The notes: generated by a model not told the origin, from the letters alone. A stretch of DNA of 32,000 bases from Candidatus Methylomirabilis oxygeniifera (GCA_000091165.1 FP565575.1:2700001-2732000); one strand, 5' to 3'. Counted from the first letter of the stretch, positions 20,812-29,699 are shown. Numbers and translations: made by a program.

Positions 20812-21752
20812 GCGGCGATGAGATCCGCGAACTCATAGCTGACATCTCAGCCGGCGGCCTGCGCCTGGATCGCTACCTCTCCACCGCGACAGGGCTTCCA
20901 CGATCGCAGATCCAGCGCCTCATCAAAGCCGGCCGGGTGCTGGTCGATGGTCGCTGCCCGAAGGCGAGCGCCATAGCCCATCCCGGCCAGCAGATCAGCC
21001 TCTCGATCCCTCCGCCTCAGCCGTCCACCCTCACGCCCGAACCGATTCCCCTCGATATCCTGTACGAAGATACCGACATGCTGGTTCTGAATAAGCCGGC
21101 GGGGCTGGTCGTGCACCCCGCCCCGGGACATCATTCCGGGACGCTGGTCCACGCCATTCTGTATCACTGCCCGGATTTACCCGGAATCGGCGAGGAGCGA
21201 CGACCGGGGATCGTTCATCGGCTCGACAAAGAGACATCCGGGGTGATGGTCGTGGCCAAGACCGACACGGCCATGGCCTCGCTCGCTACACAATTCAAGG
21301 GGCGACGGGTGCAGAAGACCTACATCGCGCTGGTGCATGGCGAAGTCAAACAGCCTCAGGGCCAAATCGCGGCCGACATCGGCCGTCATGAACGTGACCG
21401 GAAACGAATGGCGGTGCGCACACGCAAAGGCCGGGAGGCGGTGACCAACTACCGGGTGATCAAGCGGCTGGGCGGCCTGACGCTGCTCGAGCTCCAGCCG
21501 CAGACCGGCCGGACCCACCAGATTAGGGTCCACCTGTCGGCCATCGGTCACCCAGTGGTTGGCGACAAGGTGTATGGGGGGCGAAGGGAAAAGAAGTGTC
21601 GAGTGTTGAGTGTTGAGTGTCGAGTGAAGACGGAGCGGCACCTGCTGCATGCCTGGAAACTCGGCCTGTTCCATCCGAGGACCGATGTGTGGATGGAGTT
21701 CGAAGCCCCACTGCCGCCGGACTTCACAAGCCGGCTTCACGTAGAATCCTAG
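20808..21752 (+). CDS. RluD/RluA-family pseudouridine synthase
   Basis: S4 domain (GLRLDRYLSTATGLPRSQIQRLIKAGRVLVDG), VLNKPAGLVVHPAPGH, catalytic GIVHRLDKETSGVMVVAKT, GRTHQIRVHLSAIGHPVVGD. ATGA overlap with lspA. Confidence 0.95.
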   Translation: MSGDEIRELIADISAGGLRLDRYLSTATGLPRSQIQRLIKAGRVLVDGRCPKASAIAHPGQQISLSIPPPQPSTLTPEPIPLDILYEDTDMLVLNKPAGLVVHPAPGHHSGTLVHAILYHCPDLPGIGEERRPGIVHRLDKETSGVMVVAKTDTAMASLATQFKGRRVQKTYIALVHGEVKQPQGQIAADIGRHERDRKRMAVRTRKGREAVTNYRVIKRLGGLTLLELQPQTGRTHQIRVHLSAIGHPVVGDKVYGGRREKKCRVLSVECRVKTERHLLHAWKLGLFHPRTDVWMEFEAPLPPDFTSRLHVES

Positions 21753-22036
21753 GTAGACACCAGCCTGTTCAGAGCCTCTCCCGGTTCACCATGTATCGAA
21801 AAAGCATGCGAGCAGCTCGAATACACGCAGTATCTGGCAGTAGTCTGTAATACCAACGCCAATAGTAATCAGTATACTATCCGATCGATTTCCATGCGCG
21901 ATTGTGTCGCTATTACCGGCATCTCTGACTACTTTCTCATAAAATGTACTATATTATAGTCATATGGCATGGCCATAATTGCTGTCACATTGCGAGTACC
22001 ACGTATCCGAACCGAATCGGCCAATAGTTCGGGATC

Positions 22037-24715
22037 ATGAAGAAGGAACATCCGTCACCTTTACCTGTCGATCGGGACGTCCACCGTCCCCAATCGGCCC
22101 CGGCGACCTCTTTGCGCGCTCTGCTCGTTGAAAACGACCAGGTCGACGCCGAACTGCTGGTGCGTGCGCTCACGCATGGCGGCTTTCACGTCACGTCCGT
22201 GCGTGTCGACACTGCGGAGCAGATGCGCGCGGAGCTGGCGCGCGCCGACTGGGATGTCATTGTCTCCGACGACGCGCTGCCGACCTTCGACGGCATGACG
22301 GCATTGAAGCTCCTGCGATCAACCGGGAAAACGATTCCGTTCATCCTCATGTCCGGCACCGTGTCCGACGAGACCGCGATTGAGGCTGTCAGAGCGGGCG
22401 CGCGTGATTATATTCGCAAAGATCAGCCGGCACGCCTGGTTGCGGCGGTCCGGCGCGAACTTGACGCTGCCCGCATTCAGCGCGCTCAGCCCCAGTCCGG
22501 CGCGCCGCCTATGTGGCGCCGCATCGGGATTGCGCCTCGCCTGGTGTCCGGTTTTCTTGTGGCAACGCTCTTGTTCGCCGTGTTAGGTATCTGGTCCGCA
22601 GTCGTGTATACGCGGGCGGTTGAGCAGATCGTGATAGCCGGCGCGGAGCAGAGCGCGCGCTACTTGATCGTGAGCGTTGCCGAACTGGATGAAAAGAGCG
22701 GTACGCCTGACCTGTTTTCCAACCGGTCGGCCTACCTGCAAGAGTTGGTGGAGAAACTGGCGCGGGTGCAGAAGCGGGACATTGGGGTCGTAGACTCACG
22801 CAAGCGAGTTGTTGCGGATGTGATCACAAAAGATATCGGGGTGACGTATACGCACGATGAGGGCAATGAAGTGGCGCTGACCATCCAGGATGGTCGGGCG
22901 CGCACGTTCGTTGAGAGAAGCGCGGACTATCCTGCCGGCATCCGCCGGATGGTCGTTCCGATCCAGGCCGGTGATGGGAAGATCGTGGGCGCGCTGCTGT
23001 TGGATTACACCGTGTCCTACGAAAACGCAATATGGCATGCTGCAGTGCAGGCGCGCCGGATCTTCATTACCGGTCTCCTGGTGTTGGCTGTCGCAGTAGG
23101 CATCGGTTGGATAACATCGTGGTCGATCACGAGGCCGCTCCATCAACTGCGCGCTGCCGCACACAGACTGGGACGACAGGAGTTGGACACGCCAATCTCG
23201 ATGGAATGCCCCGGTGAAATCGGCGACCTGGCCGCCGCGTTCGAACAGATGCGCGTTAATCTGGTCGCCGCGCTGGACGCGCGGGCCAATCTGGAACAGA
23301 CGCTTGCCGGAAGCAATCGATCCCTGCGTAGGCTGGTCAACAGAGCGCCTATCGCGGGTATGGTGCTCGACTTCGACGGCGTCGTGCGGATGTGGAGTCT
23401 CGACGCCGAACGGTTATATGGTTGGGCTGATCGGGAAGTGTTGAACCGTCCCGCGCCAGGGATTCCACCCGACAAGCGCGATGAATTTGCTGTGTTGTGC
23501 AAGCGGCTTGCCGCCGGCGAGGTCGTCACCGGGCATGAGACCACGCGACTGACTAAAGACGGCGCGCTGCTGGACGTTGCGCTGTCGCTTGCACCCTGGA
23601 GCGATTCGCGAGGCAATGTGACGGGCTTTATCTCGATTGCCATCGACAATACCGACCGCAAGCGCGCGGAGATTGCGCTCCGCGACGCACACGCTGAAAT
23701 CACCGCCTCGGTACGCGAACTGGAACGTCGTACGGCGGAACTGCATCTGCTGCGCGAAATGACCGACCTGATCCAAGGCAGCGTCAGCATCGAGGCGGCG
23801 CATGAGATCACGCAATGCTATCTGCCGCGACTGTTCCCTTACGGCACGGGCGCGCTCTATGTGCGTTCGCCCTCGCGTGACCTCCTGGAACAGACGTCGG
23901 CATGGGGCGATCGGGCGGCTCACCTGGGCCCCACCTTCACGTCTGGAGACTGTTGGGCGCTGCGGCGCGGGCAACCCCATTACGTGCACGCCAGTCGCGA
24001 GCCGTTGTGCCGTCATACGTTTGCCGCCGATGGGGGAGAGTGGATATGCTGCCCCCTACTGGCATACGGCGAGGTGCTGGGCATCCTACACGTCTACCGC
24101 CCGGAGCGCGATACCACGAGCAGCTCGGAGCAGGCCTTCCTGACTTTGGCCGAGACCGTTACCAGCAGCCTCAGCCTCTCCCTCGGAAACCTGCGCCTGC
24201 GTGAGACCCTGCGCCAGCAATCGATCCGCGATTCGTTAACCGGTCTGTTCAATCGCCGCTATCTGGACGAGACCCTGCCGCGCGAAATCCTGCGCGCCGC
24301 ACGCACCGGTTCGACGCTGGGCGTGATGATGTTGGATATCGACCATTTCAAGCGGCTCAACGATACCCACGGGCACGACGCCGGCGACGCAGTCCTCTCT
24401 GCGCTTGGCAGATTCCTGCAGCATCACGTACGCGGCGACGATATTGCGTGTCGATATGGCGGCGAAGAGTTCACGCTGATTCTGCCCGGCGCGTCCCTGG
24501 ACGCCGTATGCGATCGTGCGGAGCAGTTACGTATCGGCGTGCAATCGCTCGTAGTCCGCTTTAACAATACACAACTGGACACGATCACGCTCTCGCTTGG
24601 CGTCGCCATGTGGCCGCAGCATGGCGAGACGGAAGACCTGTTGCTACCAGCGGCGGACGCGGCCCTGTATCGCGCGAAACAGGGAGGCAGAAATCGCGTT
24701 GAGATCGCCGTATGA
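22037..24715 (+). CDS. Multidomain diguanylate cyclase: REC, TM/extracytoplasmic sensor, HAMP, PAS, GAF, GGDEF
   Basis: REC-like ALLVENDQVDAELLVRALTHGG...WDVIVSDDALPTFDGMTALKLLR, TM segments flanking a Cache-like sensor, HAMP (SWSITRPLHQLRAAAHRLG), GGDEF domain ending CRYGGEEFTLILPG. Confidence 0.93.
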   Translation: MKKEHPSPLPVDRDVHRPQSAPATSLRALLVENDQVDAELLVRALTHGGFHVTSVRVDTAEQMRAELARADWDVIVSDDALPTFDGMTALKLLRSTGKTIPFILMSGTVSDETAIEAVRAGARDYIRKDQPARLVAAVRRELDAARIQRAQPQSGAPPMWRRIGIAPRLVSGFLVATLLFAVLGIWSAVVYTRAVEQIVIAGAEQSARYLIVSVAELDEKSGTPDLFSNRSAYLQELVEKLARVQKRDIGVVDSRKRVVADVITKDIGVTYTHDEGNEVALTIQDGRARTFVERSADYPAGIRRMVVPIQAGDGKIVGALLLDYTVSYENAIWHAAVQARRIFITGLLVLAVAVGIGWITSWSITRPLHQLRAAAHRLGRQELDTPISMECPGEIGDLAAAFEQMRVNLVAALDARANLEQTLAGSNRSLRRLVNRAPIAGMVLDFDGVVRMWSLDAERLYGWADREVLNRPAPGIPPDKRDEFAVLCKRLAAGEVVTGHETTRLTKDGALLDVALSLAPWSDSRGNVTGFISIAIDNTDRKRAEIALRDAHAEITASVRELERRTAELHLLREMTDLIQGSVSIEAAHEITQCYLPRLFPYGTGALYVRSPSRDLLEQTSAWGDRAAHLGPTFTSGDCWALRRGQPHYVHASREPLCRHTFAADGGEWICCPLLAYGEVLGILHVYRPERDTTSSSEQAFLTLAETVTSSLSLSLGNLRLRETLRQQSIRDSLTGLFNRRYLDETLPREILRAARTGSTLGVMMLDIDHFKRLNDTHGHDAGDAVLSALGRFLQHHVRGDDIACRYGGEEFTLILPGASLDAVCDRAEQLRIGVQSLVVRFNNTQLDTITLSLGVAMWPQHGETEDLLLPAADAALYRAKQGGRNRVEIAV

Positions 24716-24760
24716 CGGCGGGACGACAGCCCAGGCCCGTACCCGCACACCCCGCACCGT

Positions 24761-25567
24761 TTACAATTTCTCCACCGTCACGATCCTGGTAGAGCCGCAC
24801 CGCAGGAACCTCCCCAAGGCCAAGTCGAGCGCCATCACGCGGCGGAAGAGGGCATCGAAATGAGGGGCTTCCTGCCTTCGGCGAAAGAGCAGCGACGGGG
24901 GGAACAACATGGTCAGGATGTTCATACTCCGGACCTCCACCAGCCTGAGGCCGTGTGCCTGCAGGAGACGTGTCAACTCCGGCCAGGTGAAGGTCTTAAA
25001 CTGCATCTCTTTCCACTCCCGCAGGTGTCCGCCCCGAGTTGTCATGGCTCGCCACAGCTCCTTCGGCAGGTAGAGCAGGTCGGGACACCACTTTGAATCG
25101 ATCTCGAACGAAATGAGCCCACGCGGGGCGCAGACCCGCACCATCTCTCGCAGTACCACATCAACCGCCGTGAAGTTGTGACCGATGACGTCGCCATAGG
25201 CTACCATGGCCTGGACGCATCCATCTTCGAACGGCAGTCTCGTGATATCGCCGGTCACAAGACTGACGTTCGGCCGTCCATTGCACCGTTGCCGCGCCGC
25301 CTCGATCATCTGATCTGAGATGTCGATTCCGACCACCCGTCCGGCCCGCCGCGCCAGCAGGACCGTCTGTTTCCCCGTCCCGCACCCCAGGTCCAGCGCT
25401 ATCCCGTCCGGCTTCTCGCAGATGATCCGTTCGACCGTTTCTCTGTAGACCTGATAACATTCGGCGAAATAAAACTGGTCCTCAATCTGGTCGTACTCCG
25501 CCAGCATGGCGTTATAGACAGCCGCCACATGGGAGCCCACATCGGACCGGTTCGTCTGAGGGGTCAT
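24761..25567 (-). CDS. SAM-dependent methyltransferase, class I
   Basis: AVYNAMLAEYDQIEDQFYFAECYQ, LDLGCGTGKQTVLLARRAGRVVGIDISDQMIEAAR, EDGCVQAMVAYGDVIGH. Likely start is the ATG at 25567; the tracked 422-aa ORF overruns into the upstream gene. Confidence 0.9.
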   Translation of the reverse strand: MTPQTNRSDVGSHVAAVYNAMLAEYDQIEDQFYFAECYQVYRETVERIICEKPDGIALDLGCGTGKQTVLLARRAGRVVGIDISDQMIEAARQRCNGRPNVSLVTGDITRLPFEDGCVQAMVAYGDVIGHNFTAVDVVLREMVRVCAPRGLISFEIDSKWCPDLLYLPKELWRAMTTRGGHLREWKEMQFKTFTWPELTRLLQAHGLRLVEVRSMNILTMLFPPSLLFRRRQEAPHFDALFRRVMALDLALGRFLRCGSTRIVTVEKL

Positions 25568-25590
25568 AGATGGATGGCGATCGCCGCGCG

Positions 25591-26709
25591 TTAAGCCTTT
25601 GCCGCTTCCAGGGGCGGCAGGTAGGCAAGGCCATGCGCGTCGGCCACAGCGGGATGGGTAACGTGGTCGAGGGCAATATTCACACCCAACGACAGCTCCG
25701 GACACTCCAGGATGGCCCGGCGCCACCCGCTGTCGGCAAGCCGGAGGGCGTACGGAAGGGTAACGTTGGTGAGGGCAAAGGTCGAGGTTCTGGCGAAGGC
25801 GCCAGGCATGTTGGCGACACAGTAGTGCAGGATACCGTCCACGACATAGACGGGATCGCTGTGAGAGGTGGAGTGGCTGGTCTCGATGCAGCCGCCTTGG
25901 TCGATGGCCACATCGACGATAATCGATCCCGGCTTCATGAGCGTAACCATCTCTCTGGTCACCAGCTTGGGGGCTCTGGCCCCGGAGACGTAGACGGCTC
26001 CGATCACAATATCGGCCCGCCTCACGCACTCTTCGATGCTCATCTGATTGGAAATGAGGGTCGTCACATTCTCGGGAAGGATCTCGTCAAGGTAACGCAT
26101 GCGGCCCTGGTCCACGTCCAGCAGATAGACCCAGGCGCCCATCCCGGCCGCCACCTTCGCGGCGTTGGCCCCGACGGTTCCGCCTCCAAGGATCACTACA
26201 GTGGCGGGAGGCACTCCGGGCACTCCGCCGATCAGCACGCCACGGCCGCCATGCGGGGTCGCCAGATAGTGCGCCCCGATGTGGATCGCCATCCGACCGG
26301 CAATCTCGCTCATCGGTTCGAGCAGCGGTTTTCGACCGTCCGGCGTCTGCACGGTCTCATAGGCCACGGCCACCACCCGCCGCGCAAGGAGCCGTTTGGT
26401 GAGTTCGGGCGTGGGGGCCAGATGCAGGAAGGTAAACAGTATCTGTCCTTCCCGAAGCATCTCGCACTCGGCAGGCAGCGGCTCTTTCACCTTGTAGATC
26501 AGATCGGCTTGGGCGTAGATCGCTGTCGGATCGCCGATCAGCTCGGCGCCGGCCCTGGCGTAGGCCTCGTCCGGCAATCCCGAGCCGACTCCGGCCCCTT
26601 GCTGGATCAGCACCCGGTGCCCATGCGCCCGTAACGCCTGCACGCCGGCGGGTATGATCGCGACCCGACTCTCAGCCTCTTTGATCTCTTTTGGAACCCC
26701 GATGATCAT
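25591..26709 (-). CDS. ald: Alanine dehydrogenase
   Basis: MIIGVPKEIKEAESRVAIIPAGV, KVKEPLPAE, LFTFLHLAP, AYETVQ, VVILGGGTVGANAAKVAAGMGA, DVAIDQGGCIETSHSTSHSDPVYVVDGILHYCVANMPGAFARTST. Confidence 0.96.
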   Translation of the reverse strand: MIIGVPKEIKEAESRVAIIPAGVQALRAHGHRVLIQQGAGVGSGLPDEAYARAGAELIGDPTAIYAQADLIYKVKEPLPAECEMLREGQILFTFLHLAPTPELTKRLLARRVVAVAYETVQTPDGRKPLLEPMSEIAGRMAIHIGAHYLATPHGGRGVLIGGVPGVPPATVVILGGGTVGANAAKVAAGMGAWVYLLDVDQGRMRYLDEILPENVTTLISNQMSIEECVRRADIVIGAVYVSGARAPKLVTREMVTLMKPGSIIVDVAIDQGGCIETSHSTSHSDPVYVVDGILHYCVANMPGAFARTSTFALTNVTLPYALRLADSGWRRAILECPELSLGVNIALDHVTHPAVADAHGLAYLPPLEAAKA

Positions 26710-26785
26710 CGTTACCCCATTAACAGTCAGTGATGTGCTATGTAGACAGTTACTAACTGTCCACAAATAATCACTTTACGGTATC

Positions 26786-26863
26786 GAAAAATCCCTCCTC
26801 ACCTCCCTTTGCCAAAGGGAGGATGTACCCCTCTTTGGAAAAGAGGGGCGAGGGGAGATTTTC
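26786..26863. repeat. Tandem-hairpin palindromic repeat upstream of ald
   Basis: cctccctttgccaaagggagg and cccctctttggaaaagagggg hairpins, bracketed by an outer inverted pair (aaatccctcctc / gaggggagatttt). Confidence 0.7.
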
Positions 26864-26958
26864 TTCATCGATGTCAATCCAGTTTTAATACGGTAAATAC
26901 ATCTCGCCCTTGACGATGTCAAGGATCGATCTCCCATACGCGATTGCGCCCTTTGTGG

Positions 26959-27645
26959 TCAGCTCAGGCACAGCTTTTCCAGAAGGTCCAGGTCAAGATG
27001 CTCCAGGCTCCGAACCACGAGTTCAGCGCCGGCGAAGTCCTGGCCGCGTGTATACTCATTATAGACCACAACGCAAGGTAACCCGGCTGCATTGGCTGCC
27101 TTGAACCCCCTCTCGGAATCCTCGATGACCAGGATCTCCGATGCATCGTATCCGAGCATTGCAGCACACCGGGCATAGAGGGCCGCGTTCTTGTCACCGG
27201 CCTGTTGGCCGAAAATCGGGTCGAAGGCATCGAGCGCCTCAGGAATCTGCGCTCTCAGGAGCGCGAGGATCTGATCTTCGTGGGTCACCGATACGATCGC
27301 CAGTCGAATACCGCGATCAGTCGCCTCGCGGATGATCCGGGCCACACCGGGAAGAAGTGGCAGCGCCTCAACCCGCTTCAAGTACAGCTCCTTCTTCAGC
27401 GCAAACAGCTCCGGCACAATCCGGTCGATATCGGCCTCGGAGAGCGAGGTCCGGGTCGAAAGCGCCAACCGCATCCGGCGGGCATTGCCGGGGATCTTCA
27501 GCAACTCTTTGAACTCCTCCCAGCTCCAGCGGACATCGAACCCCATCTGCGCGAACGCCTCGTTACAGGCTACCAGATGCCCGTTCCTCTCCGTCTCCGC
27601 CAGTGTCCCATCCACGTCAAAAATAATCGCCTTCAGTTTCCCCAT
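26959..27645 (-). CDS. HAD-superfamily hydrolase (CbbY/beta-phosphoglucomutase-like)
   Basis: IIFDVDGTLAETERNGHLVACNEAF, LPLLPGVARIIREA, VSVTHEDQ, VIEDSERGFKAANAAGLPCVVVYN. Confidence 0.92.
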   Translation of the reverse strand: MGKLKAIIFDVDGTLAETERNGHLVACNEAFAQMGFDVRWSWEEFKELLKIPGNARRMRLALSTRTSLSEADIDRIVPELFALKKELYLKRVEALPLLPGVARIIREATDRGIRLAIVSVTHEDQILALLRAQIPEALDAFDPIFGQQAGDKNAALYARCAAMLGYDASEILVIEDSERGFKAANAAGLPCVVVYNEYTRGQDFAGAELVVRSLEHLDLDLLEKLCLS

Positions 27646-27729
27646 CTCTCATACCTAAGCGTTCGTTGCGCGCGGCGTTCATTACGTCGATAGCGTTCAT
27701 TTATGTGGCATTCATGGATACAGCCGTAG

Positions 27730-27755
27730 GTCGGGTTAGCGCAGCACAACCCGAC
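27730..27755. repeat. REP-like hairpin
   Basis: gtcgggtt agcgcagcac aacccgac, perfect 8-bp arms; resembles the widespread 'TTGGGTTAGCG...CGTAACCCAA' intergenic REP family. Confidence 0.6.
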
Positions 27756-27778
27756 AACTTCGGCCGAATCCTTCGTGC

Positions 27779-27814
27779 TCCCCCTTTGATAAAGGGGGAT
27801 TGAAGGGGGTTTTT
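27779..27814. repeat. CCCCCTTT.AAAGGGGG palindromic repeat
   Basis: tccccctttgataaagggggattgaagggggttttt; same general type as the copies at 20263 and 26786. Confidence 0.6.
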
Positions 27815-28154
27815 GTACGCTGTGGTGCGGTCATGCTGCATGAGGTGTTGCTCAGAAAATGTCTATCCAATCTGTTGCGTCCAGAGACCCGGAGGGCCAT
27901 GACCTGTCGGCGATAATACCTTGACACCCCACTTCTATCAAATAGAATGTTCCCATGCGTAGAAGAAGTCGGAAGGATTCAGCCACTGTGCCGTACCAGC
28001 GGTCCCCATCGGCGTATGAAGCGTCGCTTGTGTCGAAGACCAATATCATCGTTCCTGTGGAGCCTAACGACCCTACGCTGCTCCACCGGGATTTGTTCCA
28101 GCGCTCACCAATTATGCGCCCGACCTGAAAAATTGTCAGCAAGAGGGAGATTCC

Positions 28155-28619
28155 ATGGCAGATGAGCGCGAGACTCATCAGAGATTCATTCGGGCAGCCT
28201 TTGAGCAGGCTCGGAAATCATACAATGAGGGTGGACTTCCGATTGGCGCCGTCATGGTAGAGAACAGCACAGTTATCGCTGTTGGTCATAACCGTCGCGT
28301 TCAAGACGGCGATCCAACCGCGCACGGGGAGATGGACTGCCTTCGGCAGGCTGGTCGGCGCCCTCGCTATGACGGCATTACGCTTTATACGACGCTGAGT
28401 CCTTGCATGATGTGCTCAGGCACCGTGCTCCAGTTTGGGATCAAGCGAGTGGTCATTGGCGAAAAGCAAAACTTCCCAGGCAATGTCGAATTGTTGCGCA
28501 ATCACGGTGTTGATGTGATTGTTCTTGATGATCCTGAGTGTATTTCGCTGATGCAGCGATTCATGCGCGAACGTCCGGATCTGTGGGACGAGGATATTGC
28601 GGGGCGAACAAACGTTTGA
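28155..28619 (+). CDS. Zinc-dependent nucleoside/cytosine deaminase, fungal FCY1-like
   Basis: HGEMDCL and SPCMMCSGT zinc motifs; YNEGGLPIGAVMVENS, TLYTTLSPCMMC, VVIGEKQNF and MQRFMRERPDLWDEDI closely parallel yeast cytosine deaminase. Confidence 0.85.
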   Translation: MADERETHQRFIRAAFEQARKSYNEGGLPIGAVMVENSTVIAVGHNRRVQDGDPTAHGEMDCLRQAGRRPRYDGITLYTTLSPCMMCSGTVLQFGIKRVVIGEKQNFPGNVELLRNHGVDVIVLDDPECISLMQRFMRERPDLWDEDIAGRTNV

Positions 28620-28623
28620 GGTA

Positions 28624-28728
28624 TACTCAGCAAGAGGCGGAACGAATCAAGGCGGCCAGTTTTGGGGTTGTCCGAATTATCCGCGCTGTCGCGGACTCGT
28701 GAACTACGACGCCCATGGTGCAAAGTAG
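28624..28728 (+). pseudogene. C4 zinc-ribbon fragment (topoisomerase I-type C-terminal zinc finger)
   Basis: My translation: YSARGGTNQGGQFWGCPNYPRCRGLVNYDAHGAK*. GGQFWGCPNYPRCRG is the second half of a Topo I-type zinc ribbon; the first CxxC half and any start are missing. Confidence 0.6.
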
Positions 28729-28856
28729 GCATACGTCGGGTTCGCACCACAAGGACCTTCCACTCGACGCACCAAATACGTGCGCGGATGAAGCAGAGGA
28801 CATTGGCAAGTCGACTCGAAGAGGGGTTTGTGATACGCTTTTTTCGGGAGGTTGAG

Positions 28857-28904
28857 ATGACGAAGTTGCTTCAACGAGCATTCGAGAAGGTAGTAACTTC
28901 CTAA
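28857..28904 (+). pseudogene. Antitoxin N-terminal stub
   Basis: Sequence gggaggttgag-ATG encodes MTKLLQRAFEKVVTS*, resembling the N-terminus of small antitoxins, with a stop after 15 residues. Confidence 0.4.
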
Positions 28905-28920
28905 GTCTGAGGAGGATGCC

Positions 28921-29121
28921 ATGACAACTGTCGAGTCGATTGAGCGCGCTATCGAGCAGCTTTCCCCCGACGAACTCGTCAAGTTGCGACGCTGGTTCTT
29001 GGAGTACGATGCCACCGCTTGGGATGCTCAGATCGAGGCAGATGCTGCTGCCGGAAAATTCGATGCGTTAGCTAAAGAGGCTTTAGCTGAGTATCACAGC
29101 GGTAAGGCGCGCGAGATTTGA
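28921..29121 (+). CDS. Addiction-module antitoxin-like protein
   Basis: 66 aa; MTTVESIERAIEQLSPDELVKLRRWFLEYDATAWDAQIEADAAAGKFDALAKEALAEYHSGKAREI; ATGA overlap with downstream toxin-like gene. Confidence 0.85.
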   Translation: MTTVESIERAIEQLSPDELVKLRRWFLEYDATAWDAQIEADAAAGKFDALAKEALAEYHSGKAREI

Positions 29122-29378
29122 GGCATTTCACGGCGAGTCAATTCTGGCGCTGTTTCGATGCTCTGCCAACCGCCATCCAGGATCTCGCCCGACGCAACTA
29201 CGCTCTTCTCAAGCAGAATCCGACGCATCCATCCCTACAATTCAAATCCGTGTGCGGCGGACGCTTCCGTAGCGTTCGAATCGGTAATCATTACCGTGCC
29301 CTTGGGCTGCCAGTCCCAGAGGGAGTGCAGTGGTTCTGGGTCGGCCCGCACGCCGAGTACGACAAGTTCTTTAGCTAA
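29118..29378 (+). CDS. RelE/ParE superfamily (HigB-like) toxin
   Basis: 86 aa; FWRCFDALPTAIQDLARRNYALLKQNPTHPSLQFKSVCGGRFRSVRIGNHYRALG...WFWVGPHAEYDKFFS. Confidence 0.85.
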   Translation: MRHFTASQFWRCFDALPTAIQDLARRNYALLKQNPTHPSLQFKSVCGGRFRSVRIGNHYRALGLPVPEGVQWFWVGPHAEYDKFFS

Positions 29379-29536
29379 CACTCGGCTGGATCGGTGGAAT
29401 GGCGCGACAGCCGAGCGACAAGGACAAGCCATAAGGCCGTCTTTGGTGCGCCGGGACGAAGGATCGGAAAAATCGGAAGGGTTGGTTCTTGCGCGTATCG
29501 GTCTGCTGCGGGGGTGTTGGAATCTGAAACGACAGT

Positions 29537-29653
29537 TTATCCCAGCCAGATGAGCAGCTTGACAATGTACTTCATTGCGATCATGGACGCTAGAAACATG
29601 ACCGCCCCTAAAACTAAATTCACATTGATGTTTCGGTGCTTTTCCGGCTCCAT
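29537..29653 (-). CDS. Putative 38-aa single-TM microprotein
   Basis: My translation: MEPEKHRNINVNLVLGAVMFLASMIAMKYIVKLLIWLG*. Charged N-terminus then one hydrophobic helix; purine-rich gaggaagag just upstream; same strand as and 46 bp downstream of the 29700..29915 gene. Confidence 0.5.
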   Translation of the reverse strand: MEPEKHRNINVNLVLGAVMFLASMIAMKYIVKLLIWLG

Positions 29654-29699
29654 ACCTCTTCCTCACTGAGACCGACGACCGTCGGCGCCTCTAGACTGC

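Noticed and set aside
25570-26634. 354-aa plus-strand ORF antisense to alanine dehydrogenase
   Set aside because: Shadow ORF; the minus-strand frame has full Ald motifs.
27852-28178. 108-aa minus-strand ORF and a 57-aa plus-strand ORF in the gap before the cytosine deaminase
   Set aside because: No motif recognised in either, conflicting frames; I cannot support either as a gene, though either could be a decayed gene.
28662-28904. 80-aa plus-strand ORF before the second TA pair
   Set aside because: Only its final 15 codons (MTKLLQRAFEKVVTS) look protein-like and they have their own SD; the rest appears to be non-coding.
29235-29666. 143-aa minus-strand ORF over the toxin gene and intergenic region
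   Set aside because: Conflicts with the better-supported toxin on the plus strand and the 38-aa ORF; composition not protein-like.
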